Counted from the stretch's first letter, positions 41,069 to 51,647 are shown. The stretch: 64,000 nucleotides of DNA from Candidatus Obscuribacteraceae bacterium (GCA_044226015.1 JBGAHS010000010.1:288001-352000), one strand, 5' to 3'. The notes: generated from the sequence alone by a model not told the origin. Program-made: numbers and translations.

Positions 41069-43660
41069 TCACGCTGACTCAGCAGAGTCAATTGATTTAG
41101 CCTTTGTTTGAATCAGGCTGAATCCCAGCAATCCAATCAGAGCAGCAGCAGCAATTGTAAGGCCCCAGGCCAGGCTTTCTGCAAAATAGTAAAAGCGAAT
41201 GACGTGTTTCCCCTCCGGAACTCTGATCGCTCGATTGATGAGATTAGCTTGAAGAATTTCGCTTGCTTTTCCGTCTACGCTGGCGTTCCATCCTGGATAA
41301 TACTGGTCGCTCAGAATCAATAGCTCATTTTTTCTTGCATCTACCAGCAATTCAATCTCATGGACATCGTCTTTCTTGACCACGAAAGTACTCTTTTCGA
41401 TCTGACTTGAATTGCTGCGATTATTTTCAAGTTCGGTTTTCAATTGCCGATTGGTCTCGTTGTCCAGCAAATGGTCACAGACAAGCAGATCGTCTTCAAT
41501 TTCTTCGGGGTCACATAGCTTCTCTAGAGTTGAATCTAGCGACGCATCAAGCACCAGGTTTTGCGCAAAATGAATTCTACTTCGTGGGTTTATAACCTTA
41601 AAAATGCGCGAGTTATTGCCCAGACTTTTCCCAAAGAGTTCGAATTGCTTATCGTCGAGTTGCGGCAGCGGAAGCTCTTTCGAGAGCAAATAAGCTTGAG
41701 TCAGCACGTATTGACTGGCAGTTATTTGGCAAAAGCGATGTAGTGGCAAATCTGAGACCGCCAGAGGATGATTTCCCACAATATATTGTGAGCTGTATTG
41801 ATTAGCTCGTATGGCAAAATCAAATATTGGCTTTGTGACAGTAGCTTCGTATCCAAAGCTCTGAGGAGTACCGAAGTCAATCGTACTATTTCCTCTTCCC
41901 AGGTTTCTCGAATAGGCGAAGTATTTTTCCTCAAAGGTGGCTTTTCCCTGCGCATCGAACTTCTCACCCACAGCCATAGCCTCTGTGTACAGGGGGAGAA
42001 TTCTTGCTTTGACCCCCGATTGCTGTTTGTCATCTTCCAGAAACTTGTTCAAGTGCGAAAAGAGTTTAGATTCTTCGTTATAAAAGCCTGATTTTGTCAA
42101 TCCTGGAAACGACGCTGACGAGAAATAGAGTGATAAGCAAGTTCCTAACGCAATGATGATTGCAAAAAAATGTCGCGGCAATTTTCCTGAACCTTCAAAA
42201 AAGCTCAGGAGGCAAGTCGTTGTTCCAATGGCTCCGCAAATAAGCAGGCTTACAGAAAGGTTGTGGTTTGCGGCTTTTATCGATTCACCATATCCAGTAT
42301 TGAGGTATTGGTGTCCAAAAAATATCAATGATGTAGAGAACGTCCCTGCCACTCCGATCAAAGCCAGTACGCTAAACACTATTGTGCAAGAGAGTATGAT
42401 TTTGCTTGATGTTCTCTTGTTTAAGACACTGCTGAGACCGAAAGCAGCTAGCAGGTTCAGCAGTAATGTTGGAAAAATGAGCAACTTTACTGGATATCGA
42501 ACCAATGAAAGGGGCGGACAAATCTTAAGCAGAAGCGGCAATAAAAATGTGTTTTCTCCAGCCGCTAGCAGAACTGAAAAAATCAAAGTTCCAAGCAAGT
42601 AAAACCGAAATTTGTTTTCCTTATCAGCTAGTCCAAAAATGCTCAAGACAAAGATTATAGGTCCGACGTAGGCAGAACTTAGGAAGGGAACTGATTGATT
42701 GCGGCTCAATAAGAGATTTTGAATGACAGAGCTGCTGTTGGATAGCAAGCATGGGTCGCCAATCGGATAAGAAAGCAGCATCGCCATGAAATCGTAAGCA
42801 TTGGCGCTCCAGGTCAGAGAGTCTTTTTGCAGAAGACCATTTGCTCTTGGAGATATAGCCGACCATTCCAACACTGGTATTATTAGCGGTGCCGCAAATA
42901 GCAAACCCGCAAAGAAGCTTGCTAGTCGCATGATAGTTTTATTGGAAAATTTCGTTTTGCCGGTCTCGACAAAACTCCGAATACACTCGGAAAAACAGTT
43001 TGCAAAAATGAGTATCTCACTAAACAAAAAGACTTCGGGTCTTCCCCCGTAAATGCTCTGAGAAACACAAAATGCTGCCAAGCACAGACATGCTATCTGT
43101 TTTATTGAACGAGAGCCATCCACCCTGTTTTGAAGGTAAAGTGACAGTGGAAGCCAAGCCGCGCTTGCTAGCAGCGTAGGATTTTTGCTGACTGAAAAAT
43201 TGTAAGCTGCCAGGGCCGAGGCCAAAGCGAGAAGTATGGCGCTGCTCTTTGAGAGCTTCCAGTTTCGCGCAATTAAAAAGGCACCGACTGCTAAAAGCAG
43301 CTGGTGAAAGATCATAAAGAGTGAAAGCCCCTGACTGAATGGAAACGCGAAGAGGAAATAGCTCGGGGCATACAGTATTCCGGGTGAAGGCAAGGCTAGC
43401 TGTGGCATTCCGCAATATAGCAGAGGATTCCATCCGGGAAGACTGCCTTGCAACAAGTGCTCTCTAACAAAGCGGCATAGTGGTTCGAAGAAATAGCTGG
43501 AATCCGAAGCGTAAAAATCAGCTTGCCCAGTGAGAGGCAAAAAATAGTATGAGATAAGCAAAAATAGCAGCCCTAAGAAAGCTGCTATTATCACAAAATT
43601 ATGACGTGAACTCGTGTCTAGATCAACGCCTTCGGTATGCGCAAGACCGTGATTCGACAC
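41069..43660 (-). CDS. YfhO-family polytopic membrane protein (putative GT-C glycosyltransferase)
   Basis: WNPLLYCGMP, many TMs, C-terminal LSDQYYPGWNASVDG...VPEGKH. Confidence 0.85.
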   Translation of the reverse strand: MSNHGLAHTEGVDLDTSSRHNFVIIAAFLGLLFLLISYYFLPLTGQADFYASDSSYFFEPLCRFVREHLLQGSLPGWNPLLYCGMPQLALPSPGILYAPSYFLFAFPFSQGLSLFMIFHQLLLAVGAFLIARNWKLSKSSAILLALASALAAYNFSVSKNPTLLASAAWLPLSLYLQNRVDGSRSIKQIACLCLAAFCVSQSIYGGRPEVFLFSEILIFANCFSECIRSFVETGKTKFSNKTIMRLASFFAGLLFAAPLIIPVLEWSAISPRANGLLQKDSLTWSANAYDFMAMLLSYPIGDPCLLSNSSSVIQNLLLSRNQSVPFLSSAYVGPIIFVLSIFGLADKENKFRFYLLGTLIFSVLLAAGENTFLLPLLLKICPPLSLVRYPVKLLIFPTLLLNLLAAFGLSSVLNKRTSSKIILSCTIVFSVLALIGVAGTFSTSLIFFGHQYLNTGYGESIKAANHNLSVSLLICGAIGTTTCLLSFFEGSGKLPRHFFAIIIALGTCLSLYFSSASFPGLTKSGFYNEESKLFSHLNKFLEDDKQQSGVKARILPLYTEAMAVGEKFDAQGKATFEEKYFAYSRNLGRGNSTIDFGTPQSFGYEATVTKPIFDFAIRANQYSSQYIVGNHPLAVSDLPLHRFCQITASQYVLTQAYLLSKELPLPQLDDKQFELFGKSLGNNSRIFKVINPRSRIHFAQNLVLDASLDSTLEKLCDPEEIEDDLLVCDHLLDNETNRQLKTELENNRSNSSQIEKSTFVVKKDDVHEIELLVDARKNELLILSDQYYPGWNASVDGKASEILQANLINRAIRVPEGKHVIRFYYFAESLAWGLTIAAAALIGLLGFSLIQTKAKSIDSAESA

Positions 43661-43672
43661 TTCAATTTACCG

Positions 43673-43978
43673 TTAGCTTGAGCTCCACTTGGAGCCCATG
43701 GTTTGACCGATACGGAAACCCTGGATGAAGTTGGCACGAGACAGCTGATAAAGTTCGTTCAGAGCTTGTATGTCGTCGATACCATATTTGGTGGCTATCG
43801 CATTTACTTGTTGCATAGCCATTGCTGAAAAATATACGGAAACTTCTTCGCGGACTTCGCCCATGCCTTGATTTGGAAGACGCAAGATTGCTTTTCCGAA
43901 ATCGTTAAAGACTGCTTCTTTGAGTTCATCGTTTAGAACTTCATTGAAGAACGAATCGCTTTTGCACGCCATGATCAA
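43673..43978 (-). CDS. Hypothetical protein
   Basis: 101-aa ORF packed between udg and the yfhO-like gene; GAGG upstream; start may be ATG 43972. Confidence 0.65.
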   Translation of the reverse strand: MIMACKSDSFFNEVLNDELKEAVFNDFGKAILRLPNQGMGEVREEVSVYFSAMAMQQVNAIATKYGIDDIQALNELYQLSRANFIQGFRIGQTMGSKWSSS

Positions 43979-44014
43979 CCTCTTTTTCTTTCTTTCGCTG
44001 ATTTTTTTTTTGAA

Positions 44015-44662
44015 TCAGTTTAGTTCGCTGAGTGCTCTGGCTACTTCCTTGATGTCCTGCCACATGTGCCACTTGGGACTTCCGACTTCACGTGAGTCAT
44101 TTCTAAGCAGGTAGGAAGGGTGAAATACAGGCATTACTTTAGCACCACTTTGGTGTGGAAACCACTTCCCTCTAACTCGGCTGATCGGATCTTTAGATTT
44201 CAAAACTGCTTGGAGGGCTGTTCCGCCTGAAAGAAGAATGAGTTTTGGTTTAACGATGGCGATTTGTGCATCAAGAAATGGACGGCACTTTTCGACCTCA
44301 TTTGGCTCGGGTACTCGATTTCCCGGCGGACGGCATTTGACTACATTACATATGTAGACGTCCCTGTCCTTATCTATGTTTGCTGAAGCTAAAATTTTGT
44401 CAAGAAGTTGCCCAGCTTTACCAACGAAAGGAAATCCCGTTAAGTCTTCTTGTTGCCCTGGTCCTTCACCGATAATCATGAGTTTCGCTTCAGGATTTCC
44501 GCGTGAAACTACGGTTTTGCTGCGGTTCTTACATAGTCCGCATCGCTTACATGATTCGACGAGCGCTTTAAGTTCGTCTAAGTCTGCGATTTCTTCCGGC
44601 AGTTCTTGTATTTCCGGCGCAGAATTAGCTTGCTCATTCGCAAGTAGGTTTAGCTGGCGCAT
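44015..44662 (-). CDS. Uracil-DNA glycosylase, family 4
   Basis: CKRCGLC, GEGPG, PFVGKAG, NVVKCRPP and HPSYLLR motifs. Confidence 0.95.
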   Translation of the reverse strand: MRQLNLLANEQANSAPEIQELPEEIADLDELKALVESCKRCGLCKNRSKTVVSRGNPEAKLMIIGEGPGQQEDLTGFPFVGKAGQLLDKILASANIDKDRDVYICNVVKCRPPGNRVPEPNEVEKCRPFLDAQIAIVKPKLILLSGGTALQAVLKSKDPISRVRGKWFPHQSGAKVMPVFHPSYLLRNDSREVGSPKWHMWQDIKEVARALSELN

Positions 44663-44813
44663 ATGCTTCCTCTATGCACGAGGTCTAGCGATGTATATCA
44701 CCGCATTTGGTGCCGGAATTATACTAGAGGAAGACTTGCGCCCTGTAAATGTACTATTTGTTTAGCTATATAAATAGTGCATAGTTTGAATGAGTGAAGA
44801 GCTAGTCACCGAC

Positions 44814-45710
44814 TCAACTCGGAGTCACGGGTGCTTCATAGAAAGGGCTTTTCATTACCGTCGTGTTGCTCATTGGGCTGGGACCAATCGAAGAACCCAA
44901 TTCTCTCGGCGACAAACGGCAAATCTCATTCTTGAGGCTGCCTTCTGCAAGTCCCAGGCAGACTTCAGCAGCGCGCGCGAATTTTTCAGCGTCACCAGTA
45001 CAGAAGTAGGTGTGCTTGGTTAGCGCGATTTGCTCGTTGTTTTCAGTGTTAGCATTAGATGTGGTGGCAATAATTTCGTTTGCCAGATGCACTGCTGGGT
45101 CAACATATTCCACATTCTCACCGAGTGCTTTTGCAAATGCGCCTTCCAAAAAGGGGAAGTGCGTGCAGCCAAAGATCAATGAGTCGAGCTTGAACTCCTT
45201 TAGTTGTACGATATATTTTTCTATCGTTCTGTCAACTTCTTCACCGCTCAATACTCCTCTCTCGACCATCGGAACGAGATCGGGGCAGGGTAATTCAAAC
45301 ACTTCAACATTTGGGTTTATGGACTCGATTGCTTTCTTAAAGGCATTCGTTTTGCAGGTAGTAGCCGTAGCTATAACAGCAATTCTCTTGAACTTTGGTG
45401 CTACATATTTAGCAGTCGAACTAATGAGGTCGTAAACTGGAACCTCACTCAAGCTGCGAGCAAGCGGCGCTGCAACTGCGGCACTGGTGTTGCACGCCAT
45501 GACTATCTGGTCAACTGCAGAGCTGTTGAACCAGCTGATGATTTCTTCAACGAACGTGCTGATTTCATTGCTGCTTCTATTTCCGTAAGGGCAGCGCTCT
45601 GTATCACCTAGATATACAAACTTCAGATTGCCCTGTTTTGCAGCAAGTGAGCGCAGAATGCTGAGCCCACCAACACCCGAATCAAAAAGTCCTATTCGCT
45701 TTCCTGACAT
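44814..45710 (-). CDS. murI: Glutamate racemase
   Basis: FDSGVGG, PYG, ACNTS and GCTHFP motifs. Confidence 0.97.
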   Translation of the reverse strand: MSGKRIGLFDSGVGGLSILRSLAAKQGNLKFVYLGDTERCPYGNRSSNEISTFVEEIISWFNSSAVDQIVMACNTSAAVAAPLARSLSEVPVYDLISSTAKYVAPKFKRIAVIATATTCKTNAFKKAIESINPNVEVFELPCPDLVPMVERGVLSGEEVDRTIEKYIVQLKEFKLDSLIFGCTHFPFLEGAFAKALGENVEYVDPAVHLANEIIATTSNANTENNEQIALTKHTYFCTGDAEKFARAAEVCLGLAEGSLKNEICRLSPRELGSSIGPSPMSNTTVMKSPFYEAPVTPS

Positions 45711-45732
45711 AAACTTGATGACTCCTGCAATA

Positions 45733-48417
45733 CTAATTTGGGTTACGTCTGTCCTGGGCAATTCGTTTCATTAGCGTATTTGCTATTGAATTATCTTTTG
45801 AATCCTTTGATTCTTGTTTTATCGCACTTAGTCCTTGTTTCGCTAGCATTGGAACAAGCCTGTTTGTAAATTGCAGGTTATTATTTGTGCTTGAAGTCGA
45901 AATTGCCGGTGCAACAGGCTCTGTCGGGTTTGTCAGGAAGAGAATAACACCTTGACCGACGGACTCGGCAATTTTCTCCTGATAATCAGACGAGATTAAT
46001 TTATCTCTTTCATCTTTGTTGGATATAAATCCGACTTCTGCAAGCACTGCAGGTTGCTCGCTGTGATTAACAACGTAAAAGCGAGCTTTACGCACTGAGC
46101 GGTCTGGCACCTTCAATCCATCAACTAATTTGATGTGAATTTTGTCCGCCAATGCTCGGCTGGGTTCGGTCTGGTAGTAGGTTTCTATTCCTTTTATATC
46201 TCGATCGGTTTCTAGCGAGTTAATGTGAATTGAAACGAAAGCATCAGGATGACTCTCTCTGCAAATTCGCACTCGATCTTCAAGCGAGACAAAAGTATCG
46301 TCGCTACGTGTCATGCGAACCTTGACGCCGTGTGATTCCAGATACTTTTTCAATCTGTTAGTGATGGCCATAGTGAGATCTTTTTCTTGAACATCACCAC
46401 GTTGTGCTCCTGGGTCCGAGCCACCGTGTCCAGCATCCAAAACCACCGTACGAAGTCCTTTTAACGACAAACCATCGGTTAAATCGCTAGCATCATTGCT
46501 AAGTGATATTGAAAAGCAGTCCTGATTTGCGTTCACCTCAGTTTCTGCATGAGTCTTATCCTGTGCCAGGTCGAGAACTATGCGACCTCGCGTCGGCTCA
46601 GGATTGCCAAAACGGATAGTTTTTAAGAATGGATTTTGTTCAGGCTCTTGAGTCGCCACTGTGCTTAAATCGACATTATCGACATCGATCACATATCTCG
46701 GTGGATTATCAATTCTAAATGCTTTGTAAGTCACCGGCGAAGGAAACTTGAGTCGCATTTTGTATGGCGCTTTGCTCAAATATTCCAGCGTCGGACACGG
46801 AGCCAATCCGTTGTCGTCGTTGTTGACGGTTTTGTTACTGGAATCGCCAAGCACTTTACTGGTCTCACCCTGAGCCTTTTCAGGCTTTACTGACTCGGCT
46901 TTCTCCAGGTCGGTTCCCAGCGATGAGCGCAGATCTTTCTTGAGTTCATTTTTTATCTTATTTGAAAGCTCTGATTTTTTGTTGCTCTGAACTTCAGGCT
47001 GAGAATTTATGATTGACTCCTGCGGTGGCCAGGTTCTGATGGATGGAACTTTAAGTTCATTTGCCAGTCTCTTTTCCTTTTCTTCCTGGTGTTTGTTCTT
47101 CGCCTGCTGACGATCTGCAACAGTCAGGGCTTTGCCTGCTGAAAGTTCTGGCAAGCTCGTAGCTGCGTCGCCATTCCTGCTTGCGACGTTCGGGACTGAG
47201 CTTGAATTGGCGGAAGCACTAGCGAGTTGACTTCTTGTCAGTGCGGAATTTGTGCCACTTCCACTGGTGCTCTCTACGTTTGCGCTGCTTTTCCTCAGGT
47301 TCGGTGTTGTTGCTGCCCATAGTGAGTTTTGTGTGCCACTATTTATGGTGCCGCCAATAGCATTGTTGCCATTAACTCTGCCGTTATTAGCGCTGACAAC
47401 TTTATGATTGCTTGAAGCGCGATCGTACTGAGGCGCCGCTAAAGGCATGTCCTTGCTTTCTGTAAGAGGCAAGTCAGTCAAATAGGTGTTTCTCGTCACG
47501 CCTTTGTAGGTAGTGGACTTAACTCCACGCGTTGAACTTGTGCTGATAGTTGTTTCAGTGCTGACTGTATCCGTCTTGACTAAGCCTCGTTCTGCTTGCT
47601 GCGCGGGATAAGTCGTTCCGGTATTTTCGGCATTACTTGCACGAGAAGAATCTGCCGGCGCATCCAGTGTTCCTAAATTCATATAGAGTCCACCCTTACG
47701 AAAAGGCGGATTGTCTGTCGAAATTTGTTTGCTCGAACCTGTTTGCGAATTACGATTTTTTGCTGCTGTGTACGAACGATAATCGTCGTTTTCCGTTCTT
47801 TTGCTCACAGTTTGATCTTGTAAAGACCTGTGCTTGCTGTTGAGGTCTGGTGCGACCGGTGGCAATTTTGAAATTGAGAGTGCCGTTGCTTTTAGACCCG
47901 TAAGGTTTTTATCAGAACCAAATGCTGGCACCGCAGGCGATGCTATTGCTGGTGCGATGTCGTAGGCAAATGCCCGTTCGGGAAATTTAATTAGCAGGGC
48001 TTTTCCCCGGTTTGCAAATTCTATCTTTTTAAACACCGATGGATTAGAACTAGTTATTGAAACTCTGAGAACCGGCGGACTCTCCTGAAATTGCCCGACC
48101 CTTATCGATTCTATATCTCGATTAGCTGCTTTGAATAATCTTGATTCTTGACTCCAGACCAATCCGCTAAAGTCTGCCAGCAGCGTGCTTTTCCCGTCTT
48201 GCCTGTTTAGAATCTGAATACTTGGTGCTGCAAGCAACGTGTTGCTTTGCAAGTTCAGTAACAGAAAGTTACCGGCACTGTCTTCTGAAATCGATGCGAC
48301 TTTCTGATAACGCTGTCTTCCCAGAGGCTCATTCTGTGCCTCTGCCCGATAATCTGTATTTGAGATGATGGTGATAAGGAGAAGAAGCTTGGCTATAGTA
48401 CTGCTTTCCAGCCTCAT
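45733..48417 (-). CDS. amiC: N-acetylmuramoyl-L-alanine amidase (AmiC-like, AMIN domains)
   Basis: Signal peptide, two AMIN-like regions (IRVGQF, PPRYVID), Amidase_3 LDAGHGG / EKD / SIHIN / LAEVGFISN. Confidence 0.92.
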   Translation of the reverse strand: MRLESSTIAKLLLLITIISNTDYRAEAQNEPLGRQRYQKVASISEDSAGNFLLLNLQSNTLLAAPSIQILNRQDGKSTLLADFSGLVWSQESRLFKAANRDIESIRVGQFQESPPVLRVSITSSNPSVFKKIEFANRGKALLIKFPERAFAYDIAPAIASPAVPAFGSDKNLTGLKATALSISKLPPVAPDLNSKHRSLQDQTVSKRTENDDYRSYTAAKNRNSQTGSSKQISTDNPPFRKGGLYMNLGTLDAPADSSRASNAENTGTTYPAQQAERGLVKTDTVSTETTISTSSTRGVKSTTYKGVTRNTYLTDLPLTESKDMPLAAPQYDRASSNHKVVSANNGRVNGNNAIGGTINSGTQNSLWAATTPNLRKSSANVESTSGSGTNSALTRSQLASASANSSSVPNVASRNGDAATSLPELSAGKALTVADRQQAKNKHQEEKEKRLANELKVPSIRTWPPQESIINSQPEVQSNKKSELSNKIKNELKKDLRSSLGTDLEKAESVKPEKAQGETSKVLGDSSNKTVNNDDNGLAPCPTLEYLSKAPYKMRLKFPSPVTYKAFRIDNPPRYVIDVDNVDLSTVATQEPEQNPFLKTIRFGNPEPTRGRIVLDLAQDKTHAETEVNANQDCFSISLSNDASDLTDGLSLKGLRTVVLDAGHGGSDPGAQRGDVQEKDLTMAITNRLKKYLESHGVKVRMTRSDDTFVSLEDRVRICRESHPDAFVSIHINSLETDRDIKGIETYYQTEPSRALADKIHIKLVDGLKVPDRSVRKARFYVVNHSEQPAVLAEVGFISNKDERDKLISSDYQEKIAESVGQGVILFLTNPTEPVAPAISTSSTNNNLQFTNRLVPMLAKQGLSAIKQESKDSKDNSIANTLMKRIAQDRRNPN

Positions 48418-48593
48418 GAACGCACCTTAACCTTTCTAGAGCCTCATTCTAACACGTTGTTTTCAAACTCCAAGCAGGAATTTTTCTGCCTGCTTGGCAT
48501 CGCTTGCCACCACCCGCGAAGCCTTGCTTAAAAATCTTTGGCGGAAGCTTTTTACCTTATCTGCTACTCTCTAATGGTTTATTCGAGCTCTGA

Positions 48594-48649
48594 ATTCGGT
48601 TGACTCCGAGCTTGCCAGGGGTGTTCCCAGGGAAAGCTGTTTTTTATTT
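48594..48649 (+). promoter_or_regulatory. Candidate structured leader or attenuator upstream of hppA
   Basis: TTCGG-ttgact-CCGAG hairpin overlapping an AGCTT...AAGCT bulged stem followed by GTTTTTT, about 95 nt before the ATG. Confidence 0.35.
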
Positions 48650-48744
48650 GAGATCTGAGTAGCGGATCTGAGCGGCGAATAAAACGGGACTCCATTTGGC
48701 GTTCTGATTTGATGGGTGATTTTGACTATGGGGAGTTTTCTTAC

Positions 48745-50874
48745 ATGGCGGGCGAAGAACTGATTTACCAGTACGCACCGATAGGCTGCGCTGTTGGTGC
48801 CATTCTCTACGGAGCGATGGCGGGCGGGTGGGTAGTCAAACTACCTGCAGGCAATGAAAAAATGCAACAGATAGCAAGTGCTATCCAAGAGGGTGCTGAC
48901 GCATACATGAAGCGTCAATACTCCTCAGTAGCTGTTGTGGGAGTTGTTCTTTTCGGAGTAATTTTTGGCACGCTCGGTATGAACACTGCTATAGGTTTTG
49001 CTGTTGGAGCAATCTTCAGTGCTCTAGCGGGATTCATCGGAATGTTTGTTTCGGTGAGAGCAAATGTCAGAACTGCAGAAGCTGCAAGAGACGGTTTGCC
49101 TAAAGCACTTGATGTGGCATTCCGCGGCGGTTCGGTTACAGGCTTACTAGTTGTTGGACTCGGTCTTCTCGGAGTAGCAGGCTTCCACTGCATATTCCAT
49201 GATGTCAATGCGCTCATTGGACTCGGCTTCGGTGCAAGTTTGATTTCGGTGTTCGCAAGACTAGGTGGTGGCATCTACACCAAAGCTGCTGACGTAGGCG
49301 CAGACCTTGTAGGTAAAGTAGAAGCAGGTATTCCTGAAGATGACCCTCGGAACCCTGCAGTAATTGCAGACAACGTTGGCGACAACGTCGGTGACTGTGC
49401 AGGTATGGCGGCTGACCTTTTCGAAACATACGCTGTAACAGCAGTTGCAACCATGCTGCTTGCAAAAATCGTTTTCAAAGTTGCTGATGCTGATATGGCG
49501 ACCTCAATGGTTCTGCTGTATCCGCTTGCACTCGGAGGCATTTCAATCATCGCCTCGATTATCGGTACGTTCTGCGTTAAGCTCGGCAACAACGACACCA
49601 AAATCATGGGCGCTCTCTATAAAGGATTGATCGTCGCCGGCGCACTTTCCGCCGGTGGCTTCTATGTAGTGACCGATAAGATGATGGCTGGACTTCAGCT
49701 AGATGGTCACCCAGTCTCCACAATGAATTTCTTCCTCGCTTCGCTTGTTGGTCTTGTCGTAACTGGTTTGATTGTGTGGATCACTGAATACTACACTTCG
49801 ACAGACTATCAACCGGTTCGCTACATCGCGAAGGCGTCCGAAACCGGTCACGCAACCAACATCATTGCTGGTCTCGCTGTTTCGATGAAATCAACAGCAC
49901 TTCCAGTAATCGTTATCATCGCTGGTATTTTGATTTCTTATGTTCTCTGCGGCATCTTCGGAGTTGCACTCGCTGCAATGTCCATGTTGAGTATGGCTGG
50001 CATCATCGTTGCGATTGACTCTTACGGTCCTATCACAGACAACGCTGGTGGTATCGCTGAAATGTCTGAACTTCCAAAAGAAGTTCGCGCAGTAACAGAC
50101 CCACTCGACGCAGTTGGTAACACAACTAAAGCAGTAACCAAAGGTTATGCTATCGGTTCAGCAGGTCTTGCAGCTATCGTGTTGTTCTCTTCTTACACAC
50201 AAGAGTTGATCAACAAAGTTGCAGAATTGCACAAAGACCTTCCACCTGATCAGCTTGCAGCAATGCTGAGTAAGCTTACCTTCAAGCTTGATGACCCATA
50301 TGTACTCGCTGGTCTCTTCCTCGGCGGATTGATTCCGTTCTTGTTCGCAGCATTCGCAATGGAAGCTGTGGGCGCTGCCGGCGGCATGGTCGTAGAAGAA
50401 GTTCGTCGCCAGTTCAGAGAAAAGCCCGGTATCATGGACGGTACCGCTAAGCCAGACTACGGTTCTTGCGTAGACATCGTAACCAAGGCAGCAATCCAAA
50501 AGATGGTTATTCCAGCTTTGTTGCCTGTAATGACACCAGTTGTTATTGCTGGGCTCGGAGTTGTTTGGTTGAACAATGCTCTTCCTGGTGAATTCGCAGC
50601 AGCGAAAATCATCGGTGGTGTACTCGTTGGATCTATTATCACCGGATTGTTCGTAGCAATCTCGATGACTTCTGGCGGTGGCGCTTGGGATAACGCTAAG
50701 AAGTACATTGAAGAAGGCAACCATGGTGGCAAAGGTTCTGATGCTCACAAAGCGGCAGTAACTGGTGACACAGTCGGTGACCCATACAAGGACACCGCTG
50801 GTCCAGCTATCAACCCGATGATCAAGATTTTGAACATCGTTGCACTACTCCTGGTGGCATACCTCGTTAAGTAG
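48745..50874 (+). CDS. hppA: Membrane-bound ion-translocating pyrophosphatase, K+-independent type
   Basis: [35 protein letters not shown] and [10 protein letters not shown] motifs. GGGGAG SD. Confidence 0.97.
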   Translation: MAGEELIYQYAPIGCAVGAILYGAMAGGWVVKLPAGNEKMQQIASAIQEGADAYMKRQYSSVAVVGVVLFGVIFGTLGMNTAIGFAVGAIFSALAGFIGMFVSVRANVRTAEAARDGLPKALDVAFRGGSVTGLLVVGLGLLGVAGFHCIFHDVNALIGLGFGASLISVFARLGGGIYTKAADVGADLVGKVEAGIPEDDPRNPAVIADNVGDNVGDCAGMAADLFETYAVTAVATMLLAKIVFKVADADMATSMVLLYPLALGGISIIASIIGTFCVKLGNNDTKIMGALYKGLIVAGALSAGGFYVVTDKMMAGLQLDGHPVSTMNFFLASLVGLVVTGLIVWITEYYTSTDYQPVRYIAKASETGHATNIIAGLAVSMKSTALPVIVIIAGILISYVLCGIFGVALAAMSMLSMAGIIVAIDSYGPITDNAGGIAEMSELPKEVRAVTDPLDAVGNTTKAVTKGYAIGSAGLAAIVLFSSYTQELINKVAELHKDLPPDQLAAMLSKLTFKLDDPYVLAGLFLGGLIPFLFAAFAMEAVGAAGGMVVEEVRRQFREKPGIMDGTAKPDYGSCVDIVTKAAIQKMVIPALLPVMTPVVIAGLGVVWLNNALPGEFAAAKIIGGVLVGSIITGLFVAISMTSGGGAWDNAKKYIEEGNHGGKGSDAHKAAVTGDTVGDPYKDTAGPAINPMIKILNIVALLLVAYLVK

Positions 50875-50889
50875 GAAGTGCGGTCGTAG

Positions 50890-51351
50890 ATGCAGATTCG
50901 AGCTGGCAATCGTCAGGATGAACCAATCATCCGAACCATAATCTTCCAATCTATGGAAGAGCTTGGTCTCGAATCTGATCTCGACGGGCGTGATAATGAC
51001 CTGCGCAACATCGAGCGCAACTACTTCTGGTACGACGGACTCTGCCTTGTCGTTGAAAACGACGGACAAACACTCGGAGTGCTAGCAGGTAAAAGAGATG
51101 AAAAAGACGAGAGAGTTTTGATACTCTCTCGTCTTGCAGTTTTAAAAGCTGTTAGACGCCGCCACTACGGCTCCGCATTGATGAAGTCGATGCTCTTTTT
51201 TGCTGCAAATATGGAATACGAAAAGGTTCGAATTGAAGTTCCGGGCTTCGCCGACGGACTCAAGTTCTTCCCCGAGCCATTTCTCAAGGCATTCGATTTT
51301 AAAAATGCAGAGCTAAGTTTGCAGAACTCTCCGCAGAAAATTTACCGTTAG
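50890..51351 (+). CDS. GNAT family N-acetyltransferase
   Basis: LAVLKAVRRRHYGSALM motif-A-like segment. Confidence 0.75.
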   Translation: MQIRAGNRQDEPIIRTIIFQSMEELGLESDLDGRDNDLRNIERNYFWYDGLCLVVENDGQTLGVLAGKRDEKDERVLILSRLAVLKAVRRRHYGSALMKSMLFFAANMEYEKVRIEVPGFADGLKFFPEPFLKAFDFKNAELSLQNSPQKIYR

Positions 51352-51410
51352 TCCAATCTGTTTTTAGCTGAATCGAACATGCCGAACCGAAGGCGCATGG
51401 TGATGCTCTT

Positions 51411-51580
51411 GCGGATCCCTTGGGCATGGGTACCAATACTAAATGCGGATCCCGATTGAGTACGGATCCCTGTACCAATGCTAAATGTGGATCACGGTGC
51501 CAAAACTTGATGCGGATCCGATTGAGTACGGATACCAATGCTAAGTGCGGATCCCGGTACCAATACTAAACAGGATCCCC
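51411..51580. repeat. Degenerate tandem array of about 25-bp units rich in GGATCC
   Basis: Five copies resembling GTACCAATRCTAAATGCGGATCCC and two of GATTGAGTACGGAT; six perfect GGATCC sites. Confidence 0.9.
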
Positions 51581-51591
51581 AGTGTTCAGCC

Positions 51592-51623
51592 AAAAGAAAA
51601 GGAGAGGGACTATTCCCTCTCCT
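51592..51623 (-). terminator. Intrinsic terminator of ftsZ
   Basis: AGGAGAGGGA / TCCCTCTCCT stem followed by TTTCTTTT on the minus strand. Confidence 0.85.
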
Positions 51624-51647
51624 GAATGCGCCTACATCTTTATAGCG

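Noticed and set aside
51299..51538. 79-aa ORF with repeated RDPHL
   Set aside because: A by-product of the DNA repeats; it lies downstream of the ftsZ terminator and overlaps the GNAT gene antisense.
51411..51580. CRISPR array
   Set aside because: Units abut with no unique constant-length spacers, repeats are degenerate, and no cas genes are present.
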